Notes: generated from the sequence alone by a model not told the origin. Shown: positions 19,332-30,446, counted from the first letter of the stretch. The stretch is DNA of 64,000 nt from Chloroflexota bacterium (GCA_016234555.1 JACRBJ010000018.1:18912-82911), one strand, 5' to 3'. Translations and numbers: made by a program.

Positions 19332-20696
19332 ATGGACAATCAAAACCAGCAGAAATTCGATTCTAACAAACCAAACAACAGGGTCTCCGGGGTTCTGCAA
19401 ACACCTGATCTGAATGGCGCTCAAGAACATTTCTCGCCTTTGCGTTTTCTAGTCATTACAATTGGGGGAATATTTTTAGCAGAAGTAGTTGTCATGACCT
19501 TCATTTATGGTTTCCCAAACCTGCCTTATTATCTACAGGCTCTGATGGATGCCAGCTTGATGGTCATATTGATATTCCCTATTGTGTATTTCTTCTCACT
19601 TAAACCCCTCCTGCTTCATATTGAAAAACACAAACTGTTGGAAATTGCACTGCGGCAATCTAAAGAGCGTTTCGCCCTTGCGTACCGGTCCAACCCAGCC
19701 GCTTTGTCCATCATTCAGGTGAAGACCGGGAGGTTTATTGAAGTTAATGAGAGTTTTCTTCGCTTATACGGATACGCCAGAAATGAGGTGATCGGCTTCA
19801 CCTCGGATGAATTGAATTTGTATCCAAATCTCGAAGAACGGAAAAAACTCGAATGGTTGTTGCTCAAACAGAGAGCCGTGGCTGGCTTCGAAATGACGAC
19901 CAGAATAAAATCTGGTGAGATCCGAAATATTTCGGTTTCCACAGAGGCAATAGAACTCGACGGCGAAGTGAATATCCTGGCCGTCGCTTCAGACATCACA
20001 GAACAAAAACAGGCGGAAGAGAAACTTCGCAAAGCCTACGACGAAATAGAACTGCGGGTGCAGGAACAGACTGCAGAATTAAGGACCGCGAACTCCGAAT
20101 TGGAGGACGAGATCAATGTGCGCGGGCAGGCGGAGGAAGCGCTGAGGAAAAGCGAGGAGAGATACAGGCAGCTTGTGAAATACGCTCCCGCGGCCATCTA
20201 TGAAATGAACATGGAGGGCACAAAGTTCCTCAGCGTAAACGAGTTCATGTGCGATATCCTCATGTATTCGAGGGACGAATTGCTTTCAATGAGACCTTCC
20301 GACCTTCTGGATGAGGAAAGCAGGTCGATGTTCGCACAAAGGGTCGGAAAGAAACTGGCAGGAGATAAAATAGACGAAGATGTCGAGTACCGTGTTAGAA
20401 GGAAGGATGGAGTCTGGTTATATACAACGATCAAGGTCGGGGCGATTACATTTACAAATGAAGATCCGCCAAGGGTGATAGTCATCGGACACGACATAAC
20501 CGAAAGAAAGCAGGCAGAGGAGAAAATACAGGCCGTGAACGAGGAGTTGATGCGCTTCAACAATGCCATGGTCGGCCGCGAACTGCGCATGATCGAACTG
20601 AAGAAAGAAGTGAACGCGCTTTGTGCTCAAATCGGTCAACCGCGGCGTTATCCCCTGGATTTCGAGAAGGAGAATTATGAAATCAAAAATTTCTGA
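19332..20696 (+). CDS. Membrane-anchored 2xPAS sensor without catalytic output domain
   Basis: Two TM helices, two PAS/PAC domains ending DITE(Q/R)KQAEE, C-terminal coiled coil MVGRELRMIELKKEVN; no H-box, GGDEF or EAL. Confidence 0.8.
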   Translation: MDNQNQQKFDSNKPNNRVSGVLQTPDLNGAQEHFSPLRFLVITIGGIFLAEVVVMTFIYGFPNLPYYLQALMDASLMVILIFPIVYFFSLKPLLLHIEKHKLLEIALRQSKERFALAYRSNPAALSIIQVKTGRFIEVNESFLRLYGYARNEVIGFTSDELNLYPNLEERKKLEWLLLKQRAVAGFEMTTRIKSGEIRNISVSTEAIELDGEVNILAVASDITEQKQAEEKLRKAYDEIELRVQEQTAELRTANSELEDEINVRGQAEEALRKSEERYRQLVKYAPAAIYEMNMEGTKFLSVNEFMCDILMYSRDELLSMRPSDLLDEESRSMFAQRVGKKLAGDKIDEDVEYRVRRKDGVWLYTTIKVGAITFTNEDPPRVIVIGHDITERKQAEEKIQAVNEELMRFNNAMVGRELRMIELKKEVNALCAQIGQPRRYPLDFEKENYEIKNF

Positions 20697-22413
20697 TCGG
20701 AAAAGGCGAACTAAAACGATTGATGACAGCGGGACGATATCCGGAATCTTGAAGGTTCCCACCGGCATCGAAGGTTTTGATGAGATCACTGGAGGCGGAC
20801 TTCCTCAGGGTCGTCCTGCGCTGGTGGTGGGCGGCGCAGGCGCCGGCAAGACTCTCTTTGCGGTGGAGTTCCTCATCCGCGGGGCGCTGGAATACAACGA
20901 GCCTGGCGTCTTTATCGCCTTCGAAGAGAACGGCGAGGAACTTGCCCAAAATGTCGCCTCGCTTGGTTTCGACCTCAAAAGCATGGAAGCTGACGGGCGC
21001 GTCATTGTTGAACATGTACATATCGAGCGCAGCGAAATCGAGGAGACCGGAGAATACGACCTGGAGGGATTGTTCATCCGTATCGGGTCTGCCATTGACA
21101 CCATCGGCGCGAAACGCGTGGTGCTCGATACGATCGAGGCGCTCTTCAGCGGACTCTCGAACGAAATGATCCTGCGCTCGGAGCTGCGCCGCCTGTTCCG
21201 CTGGTTGAAAGATAAAGGCGTCACAGCGGTCATCACTGCCGAACAGGGCAATGGAAAATTTACGCGCCACGGCCTGGAAGAATATGTTTCAGACGCGGTC
21301 ATCTTCCTCGACCATCGCATCGAAAACCAGCTCTCCACCCGGCGACTGCGTGTGGTCAAATACCGTGGCACATCCCACGGTACGAACGAATACCCCTTCC
21401 TTATCGGTAAAAACGGATTTGGAGTCCTGCCAATCACATCGCTTGGACTAGGACATGCCGTATCTTCCGAGCGTGTCTCGAGCGGCGTGCTGCGACTCGA
21501 CGCAATGCTCGGCGGACAGGGCTACTATCGCGGTTCCACCATTCTCACTTCCGGTACGGCCGGCAGCGGCAAGACCAGTCTGGCTGCCCATTTTGCCAGC
21601 GCCGCCTGCAAACGCGGCGAGAAGTGTCTCTTCTTTGCCTTCGAGGAATCGGAAAGCCAGATCCTGCGCAATATGCGTTCGATCGGGATCGACCTGAAAC
21701 CCTGGGTCAAGAGCGGTTTGCTGCGTTTCGAGGCTGTCCGCCCGGCACAATACGGCCTGGAAATACATCTCGCGAAGATGCATCAATTGATCCGTGAATT
21801 CGAGCCGCAGGTGGTGGTGATTGATCCGATCACCGACCTGATGGCATTGGGTTCACAATTGGAAGTCAAGGCCATGTTGGTGCGCCTGATCGATTTTCTG
21901 AAGTCGCGTCAGGTCACTGCACTTCTGTCCAGCCTGACCTCAGGCGGCGGTTCGATGGAACAGAGCGAGATCGGTATCTCATCGTTGATCGATACCTGGC
22001 TGCTGGTGCGCGAAGTGGAAATGAACGGCGAGCGAGCGCGCGGTATGTATATCCTGAAATCGCGCGGCATGGCGCATTCGAACCAGGTGCGCGAGTTCCT
22101 CCTGACCGATCACGGCGTCGAACTGGTGGATGTTTATCTTGGCCCCAATGGCGCACTAATGGGCTCGGCGCGGCTGGCCCAGGAGGCCAACCTGGCTGCC
22201 GAGGCCGAGGTGCGCCGTCAGGATGTAGAACGCCGTGGAATTGTATTGGAGCGCAAGCGCAAGCTGGTCAAATCCCAGATTGCCGCATTGCAAGCTGAGC
22301 TGGCTGGCGAGGAAGCCGAATTCCAGAAGGTCCTTGAAAATACACAATACTCCGACAGGCGTTCCGAACAGAACCGCGCTGCAATTGCCAAACTGCGGCA
22401 GGCAGACGACTAA
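20677..22413 (+). CDS. kaiC: Double-domain KaiC (KaiC2-like, C-terminal coiled coil)
   Basis: Two Walker A motifs ([16 protein letters not shown]), EE pairs, KYRGTSH / KSRGMAHS, phospho-site region ISSLIDTW, long helical tail; start ATG 20677 after AAGGAG. Confidence 0.95.
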   Translation: MKSKISDRKRRTKTIDDSGTISGILKVPTGIEGFDEITGGGLPQGRPALVVGGAGAGKTLFAVEFLIRGALEYNEPGVFIAFEENGEELAQNVASLGFDLKSMEADGRVIVEHVHIERSEIEETGEYDLEGLFIRIGSAIDTIGAKRVVLDTIEALFSGLSNEMILRSELRRLFRWLKDKGVTAVITAEQGNGKFTRHGLEEYVSDAVIFLDHRIENQLSTRRLRVVKYRGTSHGTNEYPFLIGKNGFGVLPITSLGLGHAVSSERVSSGVLRLDAMLGGQGYYRGSTILTSGTAGSGKTSLAAHFASAACKRGEKCLFFAFEESESQILRNMRSIGIDLKPWVKSGLLRFEAVRPAQYGLEIHLAKMHQLIREFEPQVVVIDPITDLMALGSQLEVKAMLVRLIDFLKSRQVTALLSSLTSGGGSMEQSEIGISSLIDTWLLVREVEMNGERARGMYILKSRGMAHSNQVREFLLTDHGVELVDVYLGPNGALMGSARLAQEANLAAEAEVRRQDVERRGIVLERKRKLVKSQIAALQAELAGEEAEFQKVLENTQYSDRRSEQNRAAIAKLRQADD

Positions 22414-22436
22414 CGTACGTCAGTCAAAGGATAACA

Positions 22437-22769
22437 ATGAAAGCCACTCCAAAATCAAAACCCCTTGCGTCTACAATGGTAGCCGGGCAGAAACCGGACT
22501 GGGAACTGAGGCTTTACGTAGCCGGTCAGACGGCCAAGTCTTTAACCGCCTTTGAAAATCTAAAGAAAATCTGTGAGGAGTATCTGGCGGGACAATACCA
22601 CATCGAGGTGATCGACCTGCTCAAGGAGCCTCAACTGGCGCGGGGTGACCAGATCGTTGCGCTGCCAACCCTAGTGCGCAAGCTTCCGGTTCCGATCCGA
22701 AAGATTATTGGCGACCTGTCGAACACCGAGCGCGTGCTGGTAGGGCTGGATCTGCGCCCGCGTAGTTGA
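22437..22769 (+). CDS. kaiB: KaiB
   Basis: [11 protein letters not shown]...IEVIDL...[18 protein letters not shown]. Confidence 0.93.
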   Translation: MKATPKSKPLASTMVAGQKPDWELRLYVAGQTAKSLTAFENLKKICEEYLAGQYHIEVIDLLKEPQLARGDQIVALPTLVRKLPVPIRKIIGDLSNTERVLVGLDLRPRS

Positions 22770-22788
22770 ATTTTATTGAAAGAAGGCC

Positions 22789-23133
22789 ATGATGCCCTCG
22801 ATTGAAAAGAAAACAACCACCGAAAAATTTGAAGAAGCCCTTGCCAAACCCAGGCCGGAGAAATATATTTTGCGGCTATACATCACAGGGATGACGCCCC
22901 GCTCTTCCCGTGCTATTGAAAATATCCGCACTATCTGCGAAGCGCACCTCAAAGGACGCTATGAATTGGAGATCGTTGATATTTATCAGAAACCCAGTCT
23001 GGCACAAGGCGAACAGATCATTGCTGCCCCGACCTTGATCAAAAAACTCCCGCTGCCTTTGCGTCGCCTTGTCGGCGATCTGTCGAATGAAGAGCGTGTG
23101 CTTGTAGGTCTGGATTTGCGTCCCAAAAAATAA
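22789..23133 (+). CDS. kaiB: Second KaiB
   Basis: YILRLYITGMTPRS...IIAAPTLIKKLPLPLRRLVGDLS. Confidence 0.92.
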   Translation: MMPSIEKKTTTEKFEEALAKPRPEKYILRLYITGMTPRSSRAIENIRTICEAHLKGRYELEIVDIYQKPSLAQGEQIIAAPTLIKKLPLPLRRLVGDLSNEERVLVGLDLRPKK

Positions 23134-23157
23134 TGCTTGTTGGCAGGAGTGACTGCG

Positions 23158-25623
23158 ATGTCTATACCTTCGAGTCCCAACAGTTTACTATCAAAAGAAG
23201 AGTTGCTTCTTCGCCTCGAAGAGGCTGAGGAAACTTTGCGCGCCATTCGCAGTGGCGAAGTGGATGCTCTTGTTGTTGCAGGGGAACAGGGTGACCAGGT
23301 CTTCACCCTGAAAGATGCATCACTTCCGTACCAGATCCTGATCGAGGAAATGAATGAGGGCGCATTGACCCTCTCACCCAGCGGAACGATCCTCTACTGT
23401 AATGCGCGCTTTGCGGAAATTCTGGGCCTCCCCATGGAGGCTGTCCTCGGCCAATCTCTGCTCCAATTCGTGATTTCCAGCGATTATCCTAAGGCAAAGA
23501 CACTCCTGGAGCAGAGGACAGATGGGAAAAGCAGAGGAGAATTGACGCTCTCGGGCGGTAAGGCGGTCGAAGTGCCAGTGGGGATTTCTCTGAAAGAGCT
23601 CACGCTGGACGGCGAGTTACGGCTCGGTATAGTGGTAACTGACCTTACCGAGTATAAGCAAATTGAGTCGGAGCTGGAAAAATACCGCCAGCATCTGGAG
23701 GAATTGGTCACAGAACGCACGGTCCAGCTCGAAGCCGCCAATACTGATCTCCTCAAGGAAATTACCGAGCGCAAACAGGCGGAACAGATCCAACGCCAGC
23801 TCACCGAAACGCTTGCGCAGAGATTGGCCGAACTCCAAACCCTATTGGATGTGGTACCGGTCGGGATTGCCATCGGGCACGATTCCGAAGGCCGGGTGAT
23901 CACGGTAAACCGGCTCTTGTCCGAGTGGCTGACCGCGCCCACGGGAACAAACGTATCTCTCAGCACGCCCGAGGAGGAACGGCAGGTCAGCTACCAGGTG
24001 CTTCGCCAGGGCCGCCCGGCGCAGGTCGAAGAACTGCCGATCCAGTTTGCGGCGCTCAACGCGCGTGGTGTGCGTAATGACGAATTTAGTATCGTACGCT
24101 CGGATGGCAGAATTATTGAAATGCTGGCGAATGCTGAGCCGATATTTGACGATCAGGGATATGTGCGCGGCTCGGTAGCCACCTATGTTGACATTACCGA
24201 ACGTAAGCGGGCAGAGGCGGAACGGGACTGGCTGGCTTCATTCCCTGAAAGAAACCCCAACCCGATTGTTGAGCTTGAGTATTCCGGCGTTATCGTTTAC
24301 CTTAACCCCAAGTCCCGGGAGTTATTCCCAGGTCTCGCCAGTTCAGGACTCAAACATCCTCTCCTGGCCAGTCTGGAGCCATTCATCCAGAAATTCAAAA
24401 CCGGGGAATCGGAGACGACTTTTACACAGGAGGTGAAAGTCGGCGAGGTTTATTTTCACCAGACGATTGTGAATATTCCAGAGAGTGAACGCATCCGCTT
24501 ATATCATGTTGACATCACCAAACGCAAGCAGGTGGAGGAACATGTCGCTTACCAGGCCCGATTGCTCGCCAACGTTAATGATGCCATCGTGGGTTCCGAT
24601 GTGCAATTCAGGTTGAATGTCTGGAATACGAGCGCCGAGTCAATGTATGGGTGGAAGGCAGAGGAAGTCCTTGGCCGGAACGGCCTGGAACTCCTGCGAA
24701 CTGAATGGCCACAAAAGGATGCCGAGGTGATGAGGAGTACGATTGCAGAGACTGGTCGCTGGCGTGGAGAAGCAACTCAACTCCGTAAGGATGGAACCCG
24801 CATTCCGGTGGAGGTATCTTCCATGGTGCTCCGCGACGAAAGCGGCCAGATTACAGGTTATGTAAGCGTAAACCATGAAATCACCGAGCGCAAGCAAGCA
24901 GAGGAAGCGTTGGCGCGGCAAGCCGAAGACCTGCGGCGTTCCAATACCGAATTGGAGCAGTTCGCTTATGTGGCTTCTCACGATCTTCAAGAACCCCTAC
25001 GCATCATGTCCAGTTTCTCGCAGTTGCTTCAAAAGCGATATAAGGACAGGCTTGACCAGGATGCCAGCGAGTTTATTGCCTTTATCGTGGACGCGGCCGC
25101 CCGCATGCAGAAGTTGATCACCGACCTGCTGGCATATTCCCGAGCCGGACATGGCGACACAGACATGGTTGAAGTGGATTGCGACCGGCTGGTACGCAAT
25201 CTGGTGAAAAGCATGGCTGTTACGATAGAGACTGCGGACGGGCAGGTGACCTTCGACAAGCTGCCGGTGGTCACAGCCCGCGAAGCCAGTATGATTCAGT
25301 TGTTCCAGAACCTGATCGGCAATGCCCTTAAGTTCCGCGGCGATCAGCCGCCCAGAGTCCACGTCAGCGCACAGCAGGCGGAGGACGAGTGGGTCTTTTC
25401 TGTGCGTGATAACGGGATCGGCATCGAACCTCAATACAGCCAGCGCATCTTCATGATCTTCCAGCGCCTGCACGCCAGGGATAAGTATGCAGGCACCGGT
25501 ATCGGGTTGAGTATCTGTAAAAAGATCGTCGAAAACATGGGTGGGCGCATCTGGGTTGAATCCGAGCCGGGGCGGGGCTCCACTTTTACTTTTACGTGCC
25601 CATTTAAAAAGACTAGCATGTAA
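23158..25623 (+). CDS. Multi-PAS sensor histidine kinase
   Basis: About 4 PAS domains; H-box FAYVASHDLQEPLR, QLFQNLIGNALKF, DNGIGI, GTGIGLSICKKIVE; RBS AGGAG. Confidence 0.93.
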   Translation: MSIPSSPNSLLSKEELLLRLEEAEETLRAIRSGEVDALVVAGEQGDQVFTLKDASLPYQILIEEMNEGALTLSPSGTILYCNARFAEILGLPMEAVLGQSLLQFVISSDYPKAKTLLEQRTDGKSRGELTLSGGKAVEVPVGISLKELTLDGELRLGIVVTDLTEYKQIESELEKYRQHLEELVTERTVQLEAANTDLLKEITERKQAEQIQRQLTETLAQRLAELQTLLDVVPVGIAIGHDSEGRVITVNRLLSEWLTAPTGTNVSLSTPEEERQVSYQVLRQGRPAQVEELPIQFAALNARGVRNDEFSIVRSDGRIIEMLANAEPIFDDQGYVRGSVATYVDITERKRAEAERDWLASFPERNPNPIVELEYSGVIVYLNPKSRELFPGLASSGLKHPLLASLEPFIQKFKTGESETTFTQEVKVGEVYFHQTIVNIPESERIRLYHVDITKRKQVEEHVAYQARLLANVNDAIVGSDVQFRLNVWNTSAESMYGWKAEEVLGRNGLELLRTEWPQKDAEVMRSTIAETGRWRGEATQLRKDGTRIPVEVSSMVLRDESGQITGYVSVNHEITERKQAEEALARQAEDLRRSNTELEQFAYVASHDLQEPLRIMSSFSQLLQKRYKDRLDQDASEFIAFIVDAAARMQKLITDLLAYSRAGHGDTDMVEVDCDRLVRNLVKSMAVTIETADGQVTFDKLPVVTAREASMIQLFQNLIGNALKFRGDQPPRVHVSAQQAEDEWVFSVRDNGIGIEPQYSQRIFMIFQRLHARDKYAGTGIGLSICKKIVENMGGRIWVESEPGRGSTFTFTCPFKKTSM

Positions 25624-25665
25624 TGCCAGATAATACTTTTCGCTACATAACAAAAGGAATGAAAA

Positions 25666-26121
25666 ATGACCCCTCAAAACATGTTGATGCCGATCGAAAT
25701 CCTGCTGGTGGAAGATAACCAGGCGGATGTGCGCCTCACCCAGGAAGCATTGAAGGAGGAGAAGCTGCATATCAACCTCAGCGTGGTGAACGATGGAGTG
25801 GAGGCGCTGGCGTTTTTGCGCCGCGAAGGCAGGTATGCAAGCGTCCTGCGTCCCGACATAGTCCTGTTGGATTTGAACCTGCCGCGCAAAGATGGGCGCG
25901 AGGTGTTGGAAGAAATAAAGAACGATCCGAACTTGATGGCCATGCCTGTCGTCGTGCTCACAACATCCGACGCCGAGAAGGATATTCTGGAATCGTACGA
26001 ACTGCATGCCAACTGTTACATCGTAAAACCTTTGGACTTGAACCAGTTCTCCAAGGTGGTGAAATCCATCGAGGAATTCTGGCTTACCATCGTCAAACTG
26101 CCGTTGAAACAAGGAAGTTAG
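25666..26121 (+). CDS. Single-domain response regulator (Rcp1-like)
   Basis: [34 protein letters not shown]. Confidence 0.93.
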   Translation: MTPQNMLMPIEILLVEDNQADVRLTQEALKEEKLHINLSVVNDGVEALAFLRREGRYASVLRPDIVLLDLNLPRKDGREVLEEIKNDPNLMAMPVVVLTTSDAEKDILESYELHANCYIVKPLDLNQFSKVVKSIEEFWLTIVKLPLKQGS

Positions 26122-27654
26122 ATGGGATCAAACACGCTACGGGTGCTGGCTATTGAGGATAATCCCGCTGACCTGCGTCTGTTGAAGGAACAGCTTGGGG
26201 ATGCCTCTTCAATGGATTTCGAGGTCGTTGGGGCCGGGACATTGAAGGACGCCCTTCCGCTCATTCCAAGCGGTGGGTTTGCGGTTGCTTTATTGGACCT
26301 CAACCTGCCGGATAACTTCGGCTTGGATGGGATCGAGAAAATCCTCGCCACACCGGCCGCCCCTCCCGTGATCGTGCTGACCGGATTCGATAACCAGGAG
26401 ATGGGCTTGCAAGCTCTTTCCAAAAATGCCGAGGATTACCTTGTCAAGGGCAAGATCGAAAGCGACATATTGGTCCGCAGCATCCGCTACTCCATTCAGC
26501 GCGACCAAGCCAGGAAAGCGGTGCGCCAGGTTAACGCAGAGCTGCGGGCTGCCAATGAAGACCTGCGAATCTCGCGCCTGTCCGCACTCAACCTCACGGA
26601 AGATGCCATGCGTATGACGGAAGAGGCCATCCAAGCCCGCCAGCAAGCCGAGCAACTCGGCTCCGAGCTGGCGCGCACCACCGAACAAATGCGCGTTACG
26701 CTCACCAGCATCGGCGATGGCGTCATCGCCGTTGATATTGAAGGACGAATTACGTTCCTCAACCCCGTCGCCGCCGGACTGACCGGCTGGGTGCAGGAGG
26801 AAGCCATCGGCCAATTGATCAGGGAAGTGTTCCAGATCATCAACGAAAAGACCCGCCAGCCGGCTGAAGACATCGTGGGGCGATCTCTTAGGGAACGGCA
26901 TGTCGTAAAATTTGATAACAACATCGTCCTGATTGCCAGGGACGGTCATGAAATCTCCATTGAGGACAGCGCCGCACCCATCCTGGATGCGGCTGGCAAT
27001 CTGCTGGGTGTTGTGCTTGTTTTCCATGATGTTACCGAAAAGCGTCAGGCCGAGGAAACGCTGCGCCACACAAAAGACCTGCTCGAAATCGCCAACCGCG
27101 AATTACAGCAATCGCTGGAGCGCGAACAATTGCTGGCGCGCACAGATGGCTTGACCGGTTTGTACAACGTCCGCTATTTTCTTGAACTTGCCACTCATGA
27201 ACTTAGCGCCGCGCTCCGCTACCGGCACCCGCTGACAATTCTCATGTTCGATGTGGATGGCTTCAAACAGATCAACGATCTTGTCGGGCACACAGTTGGC
27301 GATAATGTGTTAGTGTGGATTGCGCGGACCACCTCAGCCCACATGCGGGCGGCGGATGTGCTTGCGCGTTACGGCGGCGACGAGTTCATCATCCTGTTGC
27401 CTGAAACCAACGCCAAACAGGCGCTTCAGATTGCCGAGCGCATTCGCGAGAGCACCGCGGCTTTGCGCATGGAGACCGAGAAGGGCATACTCACTGTCAC
27501 TCTCAGCATCGGCATCGCTGAAGCAGTCGGCAGCGCCCGGGATGAAAACATCGAAACCGTCATTCAATATGCGGATAAGGCGCTGTACATGGCAAAAGCG
27601 GAAGGCCGCAACCGTACCATTATTTATTCTTCACAAATGCGGGCAGGTGAATGA
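26122..27654 (+). CDS. REC-PAS-GGDEF diguanylate cyclase
   Basis: N-terminal REC, PAS (SIGDGVIAVD), TDGLTGLYN, RAAD I-site, RYGGDEF. Confidence 0.93.
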   Translation: MGSNTLRVLAIEDNPADLRLLKEQLGDASSMDFEVVGAGTLKDALPLIPSGGFAVALLDLNLPDNFGLDGIEKILATPAAPPVIVLTGFDNQEMGLQALSKNAEDYLVKGKIESDILVRSIRYSIQRDQARKAVRQVNAELRAANEDLRISRLSALNLTEDAMRMTEEAIQARQQAEQLGSELARTTEQMRVTLTSIGDGVIAVDIEGRITFLNPVAAGLTGWVQEEAIGQLIREVFQIINEKTRQPAEDIVGRSLRERHVVKFDNNIVLIARDGHEISIEDSAAPILDAAGNLLGVVLVFHDVTEKRQAEETLRHTKDLLEIANRELQQSLEREQLLARTDGLTGLYNVRYFLELATHELSAALRYRHPLTILMFDVDGFKQINDLVGHTVGDNVLVWIARTTSAHMRAADVLARYGGDEFIILLPETNAKQALQIAERIRESTAALRMETEKGILTVTLSIGIAEAVGSARDENIETVIQYADKALYMAKAEGRNRTIIYSSQMRAGE

Positions 27655-27731
27655 TCCATGAGAACAAGGCAGATCAAGACCCTTCAGCTTCGGCTCTGCG
27701 CAACAAGCCGGGCCGAAATCAAGGAGGCTGG

Positions 27732-30446
27732 ATGAGATCGAATAAAGTACGGGTGCTGGCCATTGAGGACAATCCCGCTGACCTGCGTCTGTTGAAGGAA
27801 TACCTCAGCGAAGCCTCCTCAACGGATTTTGAGGTTGTTGGGGTTGGAACCTTGAAAGAGGGACTCCTACTCATCCCGACCGGCGAGTTTGCGGTCGCTT
27901 TATTGGATCTCGACCTGCCAGATCATCGTGGTCTGGGTGGAATCGAGAAAATCATTGTCACTCCGAACGCTCCGCCTGTAATTGTCCTAACCGGACTGGA
28001 CAACCAGGAGATGGGCTTGCAAGCCCTCTCCCGCAGCGCCCAGGATTACCTCGTCAAGGGGAAGATTAACAGCGACGTGTTGGTCAGATGCATCCGCTAC
28101 GCCATTGAGCGTGACCGATCCGAGAAGGCCGTGCGGCAAATGAACGCTGACTTGGAGCAGCGTGTCGCCGAACAGACAGCCGAAATCCGCGCCGCCAACG
28201 AGAGGCTGGAACAGCGCGTGGCTGCGCGGACCGCCGAGCTACAGGCTGTCAATAAAGACCTGCGCGCCTCGCGCCTGGCTGCCCTCAACCTTATCGAAGA
28301 CACCTTGGAAGCCCAAAAAGAGTTGGAACAGGCCAACGTCAGGCTGCGTGAAAGCGAGCAGAGGCTTGAGCGGGCACAGGAGATCGCCCATCTCGGCAGT
28401 TGGGAATTTGATCTGGAAAACAACCGGCTGACCTGGTCTGACGAGGTCTACCATATCTTTGGACTGCGCCCACAGGAATTCGAAGCGACTTACGAGGCTT
28501 TCCTTGAATCTGTGCACCCGGATGACCGCGCAATGGTCGACGCCATCTATTTGAACTCAGTACGTGAGGGCAAAGACGGGTACGAAATCGATCACCGGAT
28601 TGTCAGGCGTCCGAACGGTGAGATTCGTATTGTCCACGAAAAGTGTGAACACTTCCGCAATCAAACCGGCCAGACCATTCGCTCCGTGGGGATGGTTCAC
28701 GACATCACCGAGCGCAAGCAGGCTGAGGAGGCTTTGCGCAAGGCGCTCGATGAGCTGGAATTGCGCGTCCAGGAACGGACAGAAGAACTGGCCTCTGTGA
28801 ACAGGGAGTTGATGAGAGAGATCGTCGAACGCAGGGAAGTTGAAAAGCAACTCCGCATCCAGACCACAGCCATGGAATCCGCGGCAAACGGCATCCTCAT
28901 TACCGATCCGAAGGGTATCATCCAGTGGACAAATCCTGCCCTGACCCAGATAACTGGCTATGATACAAGTGAACTTCTGGGCCGGACCACCCAGATCTTC
29001 AATTCCGGAAAGCATGATTCAGATTATTATCGCCAATTATGGAACACCATAATTTCAGGTCAAGTCTGGCGGGGTGAAACGACCAATCGCCGCAAAGATG
29101 GCAATCTGTATGTGGAAGATCAAACCATCGCTCCAGTACGGGACGAGAACGATCAAATTACGCACTTCATTGCCATTAAACAGGATATCACCGAGCGCAA
29201 GCTGGCCGAGATGGAATTGGACAAACGAAACGTCGAGTTGCAGGCCTTGAGCGTCGCGGAACGGGAACAGCATCAACTCTCCGAAGCCTTGGTGAAAGCA
29301 GCGCTTGTTCTTAACAAAAGCATGAAACTGGATGAGGTGCTGCATCTCATCCTGGAACAGATCAAGGAGGTAATTCCATATCAACTTGCAAATATTCTGA
29401 TGTTGGATGGAGATTTTTTCTACGACGCGAGCCACGAGGGAGATCAACGCTGGACAAAGGCTCTGGAAGGGATGAAAAATCGCTTCCTGCTTGAGGACTT
29501 TCGCTTGTTGGCACAGATGTGTCAATCCGGTCAACCGCTTCTGATCCCTGATATGCAGAAGGAACCGTCGTGGGTTTCCGCAAACGGACTGGAATGGTGT
29601 CGTTCATATTTATCTGCACCTTTGCTTGCAGAGGACAAGACCATCGGTTTCCTAAACCTGTTTGCTGAACAGCCTGGTTTCTTTACAACACAAATGCAGG
29701 ATCGACTGGTGGCTTTCGCATCACACGCAGCAGTTGCCATCCAAAACGCATGGTTTTTTGAACAGGTCAGGGCAAGCAATGACCGTCTGCAATCCCTTTC
29801 CCACCGGCTGGTGGAGGTCCAGGAAAATGAGAGGCTTTATATTGCACGTGAATTGCATGATGAGGCCGGTCAGATGCTGACTTCGCTGATGCTCGATCTG
29901 CGTATATTGGAAACACAGGCTTATCACCCAGAGGTGATTCTAAAGAAGATCGCAGAAATGGAAGTGTCGCTGAATGCTGTCAGTGAAAATCTGCATAATG
30001 TGGCTATGGCGTTGCGTCCAGCCAGTCTTGACCATCTGGGACTGGTGCCCGCACTGCGCCAATATGTGGAAGCGGTCGGAGAAAAATATGGATTAAAGAC
30101 CAGTTTCAGATCTGGAAAGTTTCATGATCGTCTGCCTGCTGACATGGAGACAGAACTATATCGCGTAGTTCAGGAGGCTTTGACCAATGTTGTGCGTCAT
30201 GCTCATGCCTCACGGGTGGATGTGATACTGACCATAAGGGATAACAAATTGATTGTGATTGTTGAAGACGATGGAGGCGGATTTAACCCGCAAAAAATTC
30301 AAGAATCCGGTCATTTGGGTTTGTTTGGGATGCGGGAACGAGCAGATATGATTGGCGGAAAACTTTTGATCGAGAGCGCTCCCGGAAAAGGAACAACTTT
30401 GATTGTGGAGGTAAATTATGTCGATTCGATTATTAATAGTGGATGA
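27732..30446 (+). CDS. REC-PAS-PAS-GAF-HisKA_3 sensor kinase
   Basis: REC, PAS_3, PAS, GAF, H-box IARELHDEAGQ, QEALTNVVRHA, DDGGGF, GLFGMRER; ATG 27732 follows AAGGAGG (alternative start 27651). Confidence 0.92.
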   Translation: MRSNKVRVLAIEDNPADLRLLKEYLSEASSTDFEVVGVGTLKEGLLLIPTGEFAVALLDLDLPDHRGLGGIEKIIVTPNAPPVIVLTGLDNQEMGLQALSRSAQDYLVKGKINSDVLVRCIRYAIERDRSEKAVRQMNADLEQRVAEQTAEIRAANERLEQRVAARTAELQAVNKDLRASRLAALNLIEDTLEAQKELEQANVRLRESEQRLERAQEIAHLGSWEFDLENNRLTWSDEVYHIFGLRPQEFEATYEAFLESVHPDDRAMVDAIYLNSVREGKDGYEIDHRIVRRPNGEIRIVHEKCEHFRNQTGQTIRSVGMVHDITERKQAEEALRKALDELELRVQERTEELASVNRELMREIVERREVEKQLRIQTTAMESAANGILITDPKGIIQWTNPALTQITGYDTSELLGRTTQIFNSGKHDSDYYRQLWNTIISGQVWRGETTNRRKDGNLYVEDQTIAPVRDENDQITHFIAIKQDITERKLAEMELDKRNVELQALSVAEREQHQLSEALVKAALVLNKSMKLDEVLHLILEQIKEVIPYQLANILMLDGDFFYDASHEGDQRWTKALEGMKNRFLLEDFRLLAQMCQSGQPLLIPDMQKEPSWVSANGLEWCRSYLSAPLLAEDKTIGFLNLFAEQPGFFTTQMQDRLVAFASHAAVAIQNAWFFEQVRASNDRLQSLSHRLVEVQENERLYIARELHDEAGQMLTSLMLDLRILETQAYHPEVILKKIAEMEVSLNAVSENLHNVAMALRPASLDHLGLVPALRQYVEAVGEKYGLKTSFRSGKFHDRLPADMETELYRVVQEALTNVVRHAHASRVDVILTIRDNKLIVIVEDDGGGFNPQKIQESGHLGLFGMRERADMIGGKLLIESAPGKGTTLIVEVNYVDSIINSG

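Noticed and set aside
19332-23133. Canonical cyanobacterial KaiABC circadian clock
   Set aside because: No KaiA in the window; KaiC has SS sites and a coiled-coil tail
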